From: an uncultured Candidatus Saccharibacteria bacterium
GTDB taxonomy: Bacteria; Patescibacteriota; Minisyncoccia; Phycocordibacterales; Phycocordibacteraceae
Direction: 5' to 3'
NCBI GenBank assembly: GCA_964607655.1
Contig: CAZSKX010000003.1
Location: 4,160-68,159, forward strand
DNA length: 64,000 nucleotides
Both the position numbers and the translations under genes were made by a program. The notes beneath the pieces are model-generated. The model did no database searches, was not told where the DNA came from, and saw only the letters and a program-made list of their open reading frames with translations. Below, in pieces: positions 42,579-51,577 of this stretch; positions within the stretch are counted from its first letter, which is position 1, and every line of letters begins with the position of its first letter.

Positions 42579-43307
42579 TCATGGGTTTTTGAGTGCTGCT
42601 TGCAATGTATCCTTACTGTAACGCTCGGGCACATACCCGTCAATCGAGCGTATGTTTGCTTCATAACGCAGGTCACTCCCATCAATATTCTTAACGATCA
42701 GATCGACTGTGATTCGATCCCCAAACTCCGATTTGAGCTTGTTAACATTTTCTCGTGCTTGAAAGTATTGTTCGACAAACGAATCTCTCGGTATCACCCG
42801 ACCCTCTCGCTGCTCACGTGCCTGAGCGAACTTCCAAGCCTGCAACGGGTCTTGATACACATAGAGGATCTGTACGAGCCGCTCCTTCTCTAGACTTCGC
42901 TCGATGTTCTCTCGAGCTCGCTCAAGGTTGGAGAGTGTCCCATCAAAGACGTAGCTCTGATGATTATGGAGGGCCAGGTCCTGCATCTTATCGGCAAGAA
43001 TAGACGTCGCACCCTGAAAGAGGCGTGAATTCGATCCGTTATATTCTTTGAACTCCTCTCGCAACTCATCTGCGTCTATCCGCAATACGGCATCCCTCCG
43101 CCCTGCGAGCCGCTCAATAAGCCGGAATGATGACTCGGTTTTACCCGCCCCTGGCGATCCCGCCATAAAGACCGAGACCGGCTGGGCGTCGGGCGGAAAG
43201 AGATTGATATCGGTGCGCCTCTTGGCAATAGCTACTTTATTTTTGTTCGCCTTTGCAAAAGCCAGCGCTTCTTCTTGGATCCGCCGGTCCTCTTCGGTCA
43301 TGCTCAC
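42579..43307 (-). CDS. zeta-toxin-like P-loop kinase (PF06414-like)
   Basis: Walker A 'FMAGSPGAGKTE' in a roughly 240-aa zeta/PezT-like architecture. Confidence 0.6.
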   Translation of the reverse strand: MSMTEEDRRIQEEALAFAKANKNKVAIAKRRTDINLFPPDAQPVSVFMAGSPGAGKTESSFRLIERLAGRRDAVLRIDADELREEFKEYNGSNSRLFQGATSILADKMQDLALHNHQSYVFDGTLSNLERARENIERSLEKERLVQILYVYQDPLQAWKFAQAREQREGRVIPRDSFVEQYFQARENVNKLKSEFGDRITVDLIVKNIDGSDLRYEANIRSIDGYVPERYSKDTLQAALKNP

Positions 43308-43384
43308 ATTCTACTCCAGGCCCCACCACTTTCCCGCCCCGTCTTCCACCTCCAGACTGTGCTCTTAGTCTTAAGGGTCATAAG

Positions 43385-43972
43385 TCATTTTGTCACTATA
43401 ACCGTCCCCACAAGCTCCACGTGTTTGTTCAGCAAATAATTTGCTACCCGCGGCAATTCATCATAGATATCAATCGATCCATTCGTAATGATCTGCTTTG
43501 GCTTTCTTTTGCCGTCAACTTTGTCTATTACGTAGCGGTACCTCACACCAATCGAGATCACCGAGATGATGCCTTGGGCGTCAACCGAGACAGAAACTCC
43601 TGATCTGCCTCGATGGGCTATGTACTGTCTCATGGCCTCTAAAATTGAAAACTCGGAAGAATGATCAATTTGCTCCCAAAACAAAAAAAGATTCCTTGAA
43701 TTTTGCTCAAGCTCCTTCTTGAAAGAAGGATTCCAAGAGACTTGATAAGGCGCTCTGTTAAGGCCTGATTGGATGTTGATAATCTGCAACATCATTTGGG
43801 AAGCCGCGTGCAATTCAAATATGCACGCATCCAAAAAATAATAGAATTCATTCTGTATTGAGGTTCTCTTCCGAGGATCGAATTCTTTGCTTCGCAACTT
43901 TTCAAAAAAGAAACGGGCTGCATCAATTTTAGTATTGAAAGCTTCAGACAAAGATTCCACTGTCTCGACCAT
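43385..43972 (-). CDS. hypothetical protein (195 aa), AT-rich, upstream partner of zeta-like kinase
   Basis: I recognise no motifs. Its codon composition resembles the foreign island. Confidence 0.4.
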   Translation of the reverse strand: MVETVESLSEAFNTKIDAARFFFEKLRSKEFDPRKRTSIQNEFYYFLDACIFELHAASQMMLQIINIQSGLNRAPYQVSWNPSFKKELEQNSRNLFLFWEQIDHSSEFSILEAMRQYIAHRGRSGVSVSVDAQGIISVISIGVRYRYVIDKVDGKRKPKQIITNGSIDIYDELPRVANYLLNKHVELVGTVIVTK

Positions 43973-44016
43973 ATATCTAGTCTCTAGACTTTTTAAGTCA
44001 CATCCAGAAAGTCCCT

Positions 44017-45180
44017 CTATCGGTTCCCCTTTGCTCGATTATGCGTTTTGCAAAGCATCTGGCAGTTTGCCGCATCTGTCGCCCCGCCCTTACTCCAGGC
44101 CGCCACGTGATCAGCGTCCATGTCGGCCAGACCCCAGATCTTTTCTTTATTGGCGTCGTGTCCCATTGCACACAGCGGGCAATTTGATTCTCCCTTCTCC
44201 TTGGTCGCTGCAGTCTGCGCCTCATAGACTGAGCGCTTGGTCGCCTCGTCAAACATGCGCACGTCCAGCAGCTTGGTATCCACTTCACCACCCAATACGT
44301 ACTCAAAAATCCCTTTTCGACTCTTGACGTGCGCATCTCCATAGAGGCGTTGAACCGCTGCGGAAACTTTCGCAGGATCGTATGATTGCTTGTGATACGT
44401 CTTATATAGTCGATTCCACTCGAGTCCCTTCATTTCACTCTCAACGTCGATAAACGTCGTCGATACCCAATTTATCACCGTATCGAAATGTTTCTTCAGG
44501 CCAGTAATATCAGCATCTTGTCGGTGCTGGCTCATATAGCTATCAATCGCTCCATCAGAAACCCAGTCGAGGGCTTGCTCGAGATAAGCCTGGCGCTTCA
44601 CCTCACCTGAAATATAGGCACTCCACTTCTGGACGTTCGCATTCTGGCTGTTACTGAACTCCTCGCGCGCACGTGTCACAAACGGACCAGAGTACACGGC
44701 ATTCAATATCTCTTGCTCCGTTAGAGGGACTCCGGCAATATTGATCGTCCTGAACCAGTCTTTGATTTCAGGCTCTTCGCCCTCGCATATATATATGAGC
44801 AATTTCGTATTCAAGATCATCTCTCGTTGTACATCGGCCATGCCAGTGTAGTATTGCTCGTGCCCATTTTGATCCTTCACAGCAAACTTTCCAGTTACAA
44901 ACCGGCCAATACTGGTAATGCGCTGCTGTCCGTCGAGAACCTCGAGCTTCTTCTCGCCGGTCCGATTGAAATACATCACACCAATTGGATAGCCTTTTAC
45001 AATAGAATCGACCACTCCCACGTCACGCTTGCCATCGGCGTAGATGTAGTTGCGCTGGTACTCAGGCTGGATCGTGAGCGTGCCCGATAGACCAAAGAGC
45101 CCCTTGCCTTCTAGCTCATTGTACTCAAAGCCATCGACGACTTCTCGAATTGTAATGTCTGTTTTCAGTGCAGTATTCAT
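44017..45180 (-). CDS. DUF262 (ParB-like, DGQQR motif) + C-terminal HNH nuclease; GmrSD-like/type IV-like restriction endonuclease, short form
   Basis: 'LEVLDGQQRITSI' DUF262 signature and a C-terminal HNH 'CPLCAMGHD...DHVAAWSKGG...NCQMLCKTHNRAKGN'. Confidence 0.7.
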   Translation of the reverse strand: MNTALKTDITIREVVDGFEYNELEGKGLFGLSGTLTIQPEYQRNYIYADGKRDVGVVDSIVKGYPIGVMYFNRTGEKKLEVLDGQQRITSIGRFVTGKFAVKDQNGHEQYYTGMADVQREMILNTKLLIYICEGEEPEIKDWFRTINIAGVPLTEQEILNAVYSGPFVTRAREEFSNSQNANVQKWSAYISGEVKRQAYLEQALDWVSDGAIDSYMSQHRQDADITGLKKHFDTVINWVSTTFIDVESEMKGLEWNRLYKTYHKQSYDPAKVSAAVQRLYGDAHVKSRKGIFEYVLGGEVDTKLLDVRMFDEATKRSVYEAQTAATKEKGESNCPLCAMGHDANKEKIWGLADMDADHVAAWSKGGATDAANCQMLCKTHNRAKGNR

Positions 45181-46286
45181 GTCGTAGTTCTTCTATGTTT
45201 AACAAACAATCTCTTAAATGTCTCCTTGCCGTTTACATAGGTGCTTCTGCCGTAAACGCCCTCAGCATCTTGACTTACGCCTCGGTTGGCGCCAACGATC
45301 TCAAATTGGCTTGGTGAATACTTGTCGAGGAAATTTATCGGTACGCCCATAACGCCCTGGTAATCCTTGGGTATCGCTGCAATATAAGGTACGTCGATGG
45401 CATCATAGTTGTCATATCTGTCGTAAGCTGACTTTCCTCTCATTTTTTTATTAAATTTCAAATTCTCCTCGAGACTCATCAGGTCTAATGGCAAGTGTCG
45501 ACGCCCATGATCGAGATTCGTATACCACCTGACGCCCATTACTCGCTGATAATACTTTCCTTCCCGAACCTCGCCGGTGAATTTAGACATGTCTACAGTT
45601 GTTTTTGGCACTTCAAACTCCCTATCCCCACTCGAAATACTTGGTCCAAGCCACATCAAATTCGATTTAATGAGCGGAAAAATCTCTGTATATGTAATAG
45701 CGTTTATATGCCCGATAATTAAATATTGTTTATCAAAATTTATCAGTTGTGCCACATAGGGACGAAACAGGCTAAATGGAGGGTTCGTGACAACAATGTC
45801 GGATTCTTTAAGCAATTCGATGCATTCCCGACTTCGGAAGTCGCCGTCGCCCTCTAGCGGCGACCATTCATTGTTTTTATTTGCTTTCAATTGCTGCGCG
45901 ATATCCTGCAAAGTGAAAGACCCATCACCATCCACATCGCCGACTTCGTTGATAATGAACTTATTGGCGGTAATTTTTGGTCGGCCTTTGACGGGTTCGA
46001 GCGTCACGTCATCTCCAAATAGTCCGAGCTGTGTATTCGCAACAGGCGACGGTTTGTAGCTCGTTGTAATAAGCCGCTTTAGCCCAAGGCGTTTGAAATT
46101 AAGTACGAAGTAGCGAAAGAAATTGCTCTCGAAAGGGTCGTCGCAGTTGCAGTAGATAACCTTATCCTTAAAGGTGCTGGAATCGAACTCGAGATATGCC
46201 TCGATCTCTTTTTGAATATCGCTGTACTGCGTATAGAACTCGTCATTCTTTACCTTTTTGGCATTGGTGAGGTTACTGTTGGCCAT
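45177..46286 (-). CDS. N6-adenine DNA methyltransferase, EcoRI-methylase-like family
   Basis: 'IVVTNPPFSL' motif IV (NPPF) and an N-terminal 'DEFYTQYSDI' region. A 4-nt overlap with the downstream nuclease gene suggests an operon. Confidence 0.6.
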   Translation of the reverse strand: MANSNLTNAKKVKNDEFYTQYSDIQKEIEAYLEFDSSTFKDKVIYCNCDDPFESNFFRYFVLNFKRLGLKRLITTSYKPSPVANTQLGLFGDDVTLEPVKGRPKITANKFIINEVGDVDGDGSFTLQDIAQQLKANKNNEWSPLEGDGDFRSRECIELLKESDIVVTNPPFSLFRPYVAQLINFDKQYLIIGHINAITYTEIFPLIKSNLMWLGPSISSGDREFEVPKTTVDMSKFTGEVREGKYYQRVMGVRWYTNLDHGRRHLPLDLMSLEENLKFNKKMRGKSAYDRYDNYDAIDVPYIAAIPKDYQGVMGVPINFLDKYSPSQFEIVGANRGVSQDAEGVYGRSTYVNGKETFKRLFVKHRRTTT

Positions 46287-46516
46287 ACCTAATAGCCAAA
46301 TGATCCCACAATTTCTTCATTTTTGGAATGCGGCTGAGCTCGGTAGTCTCGGCAAGCCCGAATCCCCAGCTCATTGATTTTTCATCCGAAGGGGTATACC
46401 ACCTTTGTATTTCTATTGAAGGGCACCTCCGTGGGTTTCGTCCCCGGGCGGTGCTTTTCTTTTATACTCGAGCTTGGCCGTCAGAACGGCGATAGTGGAG
46501 CCGATCGCGAACACAT

Positions 46517-47161
46517 CTATACGCTGAAGATGTTAATTCTTCGGGCTGCCCGCAAGGTGTAGTCATTCTTTTTCAAAAAATCTTCTATCCCCGCAATCGC
46601 CTTCTTGGGTGCCATGGTTGTCATAAAGTCGTCGAGGGATTCGAAGCGAAATATCGTCTCGTCCGGTATCTCAGCAATTTCTGCATAGCCTTGGTGGGTT
46701 TTCAGAGCATTGTAGGCAGCTCGCTTCTCTTGTCTCTCGTCACCGTCGCATGCGTCAAAGGCAATCTCCGCATCAAAAAAGGTTCCTTCTTCGGCTGGTT
46801 CGAGAAAAATGATATGGCCACCTTTTTTCGTGACGCGAATCGCTTCGTCAATCGCCCTCGGCATTTCTTCAATCGGCACATGGTGCAAGGAAAGAGTAAA
46901 TAAAACCGCATCGAACTGCTCGTCCGGAAAGCCAAGCCTTTCTGCTTTACCAAGTACGTAAGTGATGTTTTGAGCTGCATTGTGCGTCCTGGCCCAATCA
47001 AGGAGCGCAGTATCTGGCTCCATTGCGGTCAGCCAGGCACACTTCTTCGCTATCTCAACCGAACGTGAGCCATTCCCACACCCGATTTCGAGAATAGACT
47101 TCCCGAACAACGGCATCACCGTTTCGATACTGCTCAAATAGTCGTCCTTCAACCTTTTCAT
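46517..47161 (-). CDS. class I SAM-dependent methyltransferase (small-molecule type)
   Basis: Motif I 'ILEIGCGNGSRS' and motif II/III spacing. Confidence 0.7.
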   Translation of the reverse strand: MKRLKDDYLSSIETVMPLFGKSILEIGCGNGSRSVEIAKKCAWLTAMEPDTALLDWARTHNAAQNITYVLGKAERLGFPDEQFDAVLFTLSLHHVPIEEMPRAIDEAIRVTKKGGHIIFLEPAEEGTFFDAEIAFDACDGDERQEKRAAYNALKTHQGYAEIAEIPDETIFRFESLDDFMTTMAPKKAIAGIEDFLKKNDYTLRAARRINIFSV

Positions 47162-47285
47162 ACGCGAACTATAGCAAACGGGCCGATAAGGGTCCTTAGA
47201 TTATTTGCCGTTGCAACAAACGCCTAACAGGAGTAGCCTGTTCGGAGATCATCAGTTCACTCACGCTCAGCAAAGAGGAGGTTCT

Positions 47286-47738
47286 ATGGAATCTGTCCGG
47301 CTACAAGAATTGTCAGTTGCAGGTTTTGGGGGCTCGCCCTATCAAACGGGTCGCGTGACCATTCACGACGACATCATCACGTACTTGATCTACGACAGCG
47401 ACGGGGGCTCTCATCTCGACGAGATGCTCACCTTACGAGACGTCGAGAACATCAGCGCCCGGATGGGCCGGTTAGGTACCTGCTATCTTATCTTCGGGGG
47501 AGTCTCGGCGATTGCATCGCTCGTGTTGTGGAATCCGCTCCTCGCCTTCGGCGCGTGGAGTTTTTTCACGATCGCCCAAGGGGTTATGGTGGACCTCGTG
47601 ATCGAGACCAAGCGCGGCACTAGGCTCGTGTGGGCAACACGAGAGTGGCGGGATACGGAACACTTCAGCCAATACGTACAACGGGCCTTGGTCGAATGGC
47701 GCACGCGCCACTGTTCGGCGGGACACCCCGTCCTCTGA
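47286..47738 (+). CDS. hypothetical membrane protein
   Basis: Two TM helices and a following hairpin terminator. The ORF-track start at 47205 may be over-called. Confidence 0.3.
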   Translation: MESVRLQELSVAGFGGSPYQTGRVTIHDDIITYLIYDSDGGSHLDEMLTLRDVENISARMGRLGTCYLIFGGVSAIASLVLWNPLLAFGAWSFFTIAQGVMVDLVIETKRGTRLVWATREWRDTEHFSQYVQRALVEWRTRHCSAGHPVL

Positions 47739-47743
47739 CTGGA

Positions 47744-47775
47744 GGCCGTTTGCGATACTTGTATCGCAAACGGCC
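47744..47775. terminator. terminator hairpin
   Basis: 'ggccgtttgcgatac ttgt atcgcaaacggcc'. Confidence 0.6.
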
Positions 47776-47841
47776 TTTCTTTTTATACAAACGACTCGGG
47801 AATAAAAGGCCTGAGAAAAATGCACATGCTACGATGCCTCC

Positions 47842-48312
47842 ATGGCACTAATCTACGAAACCCATAACTTCACTATTCAGTCTACCGATCGGCCCTTCGT
47901 CGACCGAACCGAAGGCGGACACCTCCGGATATACCCCAAAGTCCCTGTGCGAGATCGGACTAAACTTACTCCTGCCCTGGCAACCGAATACATGAAGTTG
48001 TCGATGGTTGTGGGAGAGGCACTCGTCACCGTCATGAGAGCCCAAGGCGTCGAGATAGGCATCGTTAATTATCAGGACATGGGAAATTGGGGTGTTTTTA
48101 AGCCAGAAGGACCCACACTCCACATGCAAATCTTCGGTCGAGCCGTTAACGCCACCATCCAAAAGTATGGCGAAGCGGTTTTGCTACCTCAGCGAGAGAC
48201 AGGGTTTTATGATAATTTCCAACCACTCACCGATGAAGATCGCGATCTGTTAAAAGCAGAAATCGACAACCTCCTCAATACAGAGAAATATTCAACTCGC
48301 TGGTCTGAGTAA
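47842..48312 (+). CDS. hypothetical protein, possibly HIT-like superfamily
   Basis: 'GGHLRIYPK' and 'TLHMQIFGR' (HxHxQ-like). Weak. Confidence 0.3.
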   Translation: MALIYETHNFTIQSTDRPFVDRTEGGHLRIYPKVPVRDRTKLTPALATEYMKLSMVVGEALVTVMRAQGVEIGIVNYQDMGNWGVFKPEGPTLHMQIFGRAVNATIQKYGEAVLLPQRETGFYDNFQPLTDEDRDLLKAEIDNLLNTEKYSTRWSE

Positions 48313-48382
48313 CTTCCCTGTCTAAAACGACTCGGGGGTGGGTGCGTGAGGGCAATTTTTACTACTTCTGACTTTGCAGCTG

Positions 48383-49537
48383 TTATCTCAACTTTATTTG
48401 GTCCTTTGGTATCTCTACTAGAGAGTCGACGATTTTCAGAATGTCTGCATCAGTCACTATGGTGCTGTCCTCTTCCCAGGTTTGATTGATGTTTATGGGA
48501 TTAAAGCCAACGAGAGTACCGCCAACCCGTACGAACCAAAAATCTGATCCTAGAGCAGCTTGGGGATGTCTCACTCCGTACACACGATCTCCTTTGGAGG
48601 TAGTGCCCACCGAGAAACATACCCCCGCTAAGAATGGCTTGTCCTGTGTAAAACTGAAACAGTCGTCAGGGCAGCGTGCACCATCGCCAGCGATAAGGTC
48701 TTCCCGACCGGTCTGACACAACTCTAACGCCTCATGCAGGCCGTCATATGGGCTCCTACCTACGATCTCCGCATAGAGGACTAGGTCATCGGGTGATGTG
48801 TAGTATTCGTTATAAAATTTCCCATCGTAGGTCATGCCCTCGGGTATCCACGTCGGCTGTAACACCGTGTAGCCCACCTGCGCTGCGATGCTCCTCGTCT
48901 CGCTTTTATAAACCATGTTGCTCATAAGCACTTGGATTATCGGCCCCGCTATAACGTAGATAAGCACCAGCGCTGTAAACAGTGTACCTCTAGCGACTTT
49001 GTGTCCAGCCATTACCCTCATGCCAGAACGGTACGTGCTCGAGATATTTAGCAGCATATCCACAATCCAGAACGTTATGACGAAGATGGCCGCACTTAGA
49101 ACAAGGGAGATAACAATATCCCCCTTAACCACCAGTTCCCCGATCCCGGCAACGGTAACCGCGATAGTGAGTGCTACAACAGCAAGGAGCGTCCCATCGA
49201 ATGGCTCCCTCTTCAAACGATAAAGCCATACCGCAGCAATCACAGCAAGGAAAAACTGGCCGGCCACAAGCAGGTTACCTAACACCAGCGCGAGCGCGAG
49301 TCCGGAGAAACCTGAAGAATCTTTCAAAAGCGTCTGAATCAGGAGAAACCCTAATCCGTATCGAGCGCCGTAGTATACGAGCGTCGCGAGGAGCGGCACG
49401 AAGATGAGCGAGTAGATAGTATTGCGGGCAGCTTGCTCGGGCGGCATAGGCTGAGCTTCTGGTGGCATATCGAAATGATAGCACTCGTTTTTAATGGAAA
49501 TTAAAAAGAGGCCCGCTGCAGGATGCAGCGGGCCCAA
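48383..49537 (-). CDS. hypothetical polytopic membrane protein with extracellular C-terminal domain
   Basis: About 6 TM helices, then a soluble domain. I recognise no family. Confidence 0.4.
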   Translation of the reverse strand: MGPLHPAAGLFLISIKNECYHFDMPPEAQPMPPEQAARNTIYSLIFVPLLATLVYYGARYGLGFLLIQTLLKDSSGFSGLALALVLGNLLVAGQFFLAVIAAVWLYRLKREPFDGTLLAVVALTIAVTVAGIGELVVKGDIVISLVLSAAIFVITFWIVDMLLNISSTYRSGMRVMAGHKVARGTLFTALVLIYVIAGPIIQVLMSNMVYKSETRSIAAQVGYTVLQPTWIPEGMTYDGKFYNEYYTSPDDLVLYAEIVGRSPYDGLHEALELCQTGREDLIAGDGARCPDDCFSFTQDKPFLAGVCFSVGTTSKGDRVYGVRHPQAALGSDFWFVRVGGTLVGFNPININQTWEEDSTIVTDADILKIVDSLVEIPKDQIKLR

Positions 49538-49561
49538 GGTGCTACGTGTACGACAAATGAG

Positions 49562-50821
49562 CTAGTTGAACGATTCGGGGATCGGATGTGCGACCGCGAG
49601 CTCGCGTACCTGTGCCTTGGCAGCCTCCGGTGCCAGGCGCTTCTTGAGTACGTCGAGCATGATGCTCGCGACCTCGCAACTGTCGGCAGCCGAGAAGCCG
49701 CGGGTCGTGATAGCAGGCGTCCCGAAGCGGATCCCTGATGGATCCATCGGCTTCCTCGGGTCGTCAGCGATCACGTTCTTATTGACCGTGATCCCCGCCT
49801 CGTCGAGAAGCTTCTCCGCCACAGCACCCGTGATGCCAAAGGAGCCGAACACGTCCGCCAGGATGAGGTGGTTGCTCGTCCCGCCGGTGATCAAGCGCAC
49901 TCCGCCCTCTTTGAACACCTCGGCCATCGCCCTGGCGTTCTCGAGAACCTGCTTCGCATACACCTTGAACGACGGCTGCAGAGCCTCGTTAAAGGCGATC
50001 GCCTTGGCTGCGATCTGGTGCATGTGAGGCCCGCCCTGGAGCCCCGGGAAGACCGACTTGTCGATCGCCTTCGCGATCGCCTCGCTCTCCCGCGTGAGGA
50101 TCATCCCGCCGCGCGGACCCCGCAGGGTCTTGTGCGTCGTGGTGGTCATCACGTCGAAGCCGTAGTCGAAGGGGTTCGCTACGGCCCCGCCGGCGATGAG
50201 GCCAGCGATGTGTGCGATGTCCATCACCGCGACAGCGCCGACTTCGCGCGCGATCTCGACAATCTTCGCGTAGTCGAGCTCGCGCGGATACGCCGAGAAG
50301 CCCGCGAGGATCATCTTCGGCTGCACGCGCTTGGCCGTCTCGAGCATCGCCTCGTAGTCGATCTCACCCGTCTCGACATCCTTCATCCCGTAACGGACGA
50401 AGTTGTAGATCTTGGCGAGCTGCGTCACCGGGTGACCATGCGTGAGATGCCCACCATGGCTGAGCTCCATCCCGAGGATGGTGTCCCCGGGCTTCAGGAG
50501 CGCGTTGTACATCGCGGCGTTCGCGTTCGCGCCACCCAAGGGCTGCACGTTCGCGAAGGCAGCGCCGAAGAGCTTCTTCGCGCGCTCGATCGCGATCGTC
50601 TCGATCTGGTCCATGAACTCCTGGCCGCCGTAGTAGCGCGCTCCAGGATACCCTTCGGAGTACTTGTTGGTCGCTGAGGAGGCCATCGCCTCCATCACTG
50701 CCGCCGAGACGTGGTTCTCGCTCGGGATAAGCTCCAGGCCCTTGGCCTGGCGCTGGTCTTCGCCAATGAGCGCATCGTAGATGCGCTCGTCCTCTTGTTT
50801 GATATGCCTGTAGTCACGCAT
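49562..50821 (-). CDS. glyA: serine hydroxymethyltransferase (start trimmed to 'MRDYRHIKQEDERIYDAL')
   Basis: 'LELIPSENHVSAAVMEAMAS...NKYSEGYPGARYYGG' and the PLP-lysine region 'TTTTHKTLRGPRGG'. The ORF-track start at 51001 would overlap tmk. Confidence 0.9.
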   Translation of the reverse strand: MRDYRHIKQEDERIYDALIGEDQRQAKGLELIPSENHVSAAVMEAMASSATNKYSEGYPGARYYGGQEFMDQIETIAIERAKKLFGAAFANVQPLGGANANAAMYNALLKPGDTILGMELSHGGHLTHGHPVTQLAKIYNFVRYGMKDVETGEIDYEAMLETAKRVQPKMILAGFSAYPRELDYAKIVEIAREVGAVAVMDIAHIAGLIAGGAVANPFDYGFDVMTTTTHKTLRGPRGGMILTRESEAIAKAIDKSVFPGLQGGPHMHQIAAKAIAFNEALQPSFKVYAKQVLENARAMAEVFKEGGVRLITGGTSNHLILADVFGSFGITGAVAEKLLDEAGITVNKNVIADDPRKPMDPSGIRFGTPAITTRGFSAADSCEVASIMLDVLKKRLAPEAAKAQVRELAVAHPIPESFN

Positions 50822-50852
50822 GAGCGCAGTGTACCCCGGTAGACGGCTTCGC

Positions 50853-51557
50853 TCAACGCGCGGGCTCTCTCGAGAGCAGAGACTCCACAGTCGTACGAAC
50901 CTCTTCGTGGATATCCTCGATTGAACGCATTTCTTCCCCTTGCACACAGTCGATAATGCTCCAGTTCGGCTGTCTCTCTGCGAGCCAGTTTGCTGTCGCA
51001 TGACTTTGTTCGAGATAGGTTCGATCTTCCTCTACCGTATCCTTCACTCCCGCACCGAGGAGCTGGTTCTTTGCCGCACGCTTCTTTTGCAAAAGTTCTA
51101 GACTTGTTTCGACCGGCACGCGCAGATAAATGATGTGATCAGGCTTGGGGACATGGAGCACTTCGTGCTCCATGCGATCAAGCCACTTGAGGAACGTTTC
51201 TCTTTCTTTTTCGTCTGCTATCTTCCCCCCTTGGTGGATCTGATTGGAGCTAGCGAATCGATCTGCAATCACCACCTTTCCCTCTTCTAGAGCTTTCTGT
51301 ATGTCTGGAGACGCTTCGAGCCTATCAAGCGCATAGAGTGGCGAAGAAATCTTTGGGCTTGTATGCAAAAAATCCCCCTCTTTACCTGCCAAACACTCTG
51401 CCAAAAGAGCCCCAAAAAAACTCTCGCTGTACCTTGGGAAAGAGATCGTCATCGACTCGACCCCGTCTGCGCTAAGCATCTCCGCAAGCAACCGTGACTG
51501 GGTCGCCTTGCCGGACCCGTCGTTACCGTCGAGCACGATAAATACCCCTTTGCGCAT
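50853..51557 (-). CDS. tmk: thymidylate kinase
   Basis: 'GVFIVLDGNDGSGKATQ' P-loop and the LID region. Confidence 0.85.
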   Translation of the reverse strand: MRKGVFIVLDGNDGSGKATQSRLLAEMLSADGVESMTISFPRYSESFFGALLAECLAGKEGDFLHTSPKISSPLYALDRLEASPDIQKALEEGKVVIADRFASSNQIHQGGKIADEKERETFLKWLDRMEHEVLHVPKPDHIIYLRVPVETSLELLQKKRAAKNQLLGAGVKDTVEEDRTYLEQSHATANWLAERQPNWSIIDCVQGEEMRSIEDIHEEVRTTVESLLSREPAR

Positions 51558-51577
51558 GTGCCTAGTATACTGGACCC

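Noticed and set aside
42458-42685. 75-aa minus-strand ORF overlapping the zeta-kinase 3' end
   Set aside because: It is in a different frame from the kinase and overlaps it. The 52-aa ORF (42403-42561) downstream is more plausible.
50822-51001. 60-aa N-terminal extension of glyA
   Set aside because: The extension is Arg/Ser-rich low-complexity sequence and overlaps the tmk 3' end. The conserved SHMT sequence begins at the internal Met (ATG complement at 50819-50821).
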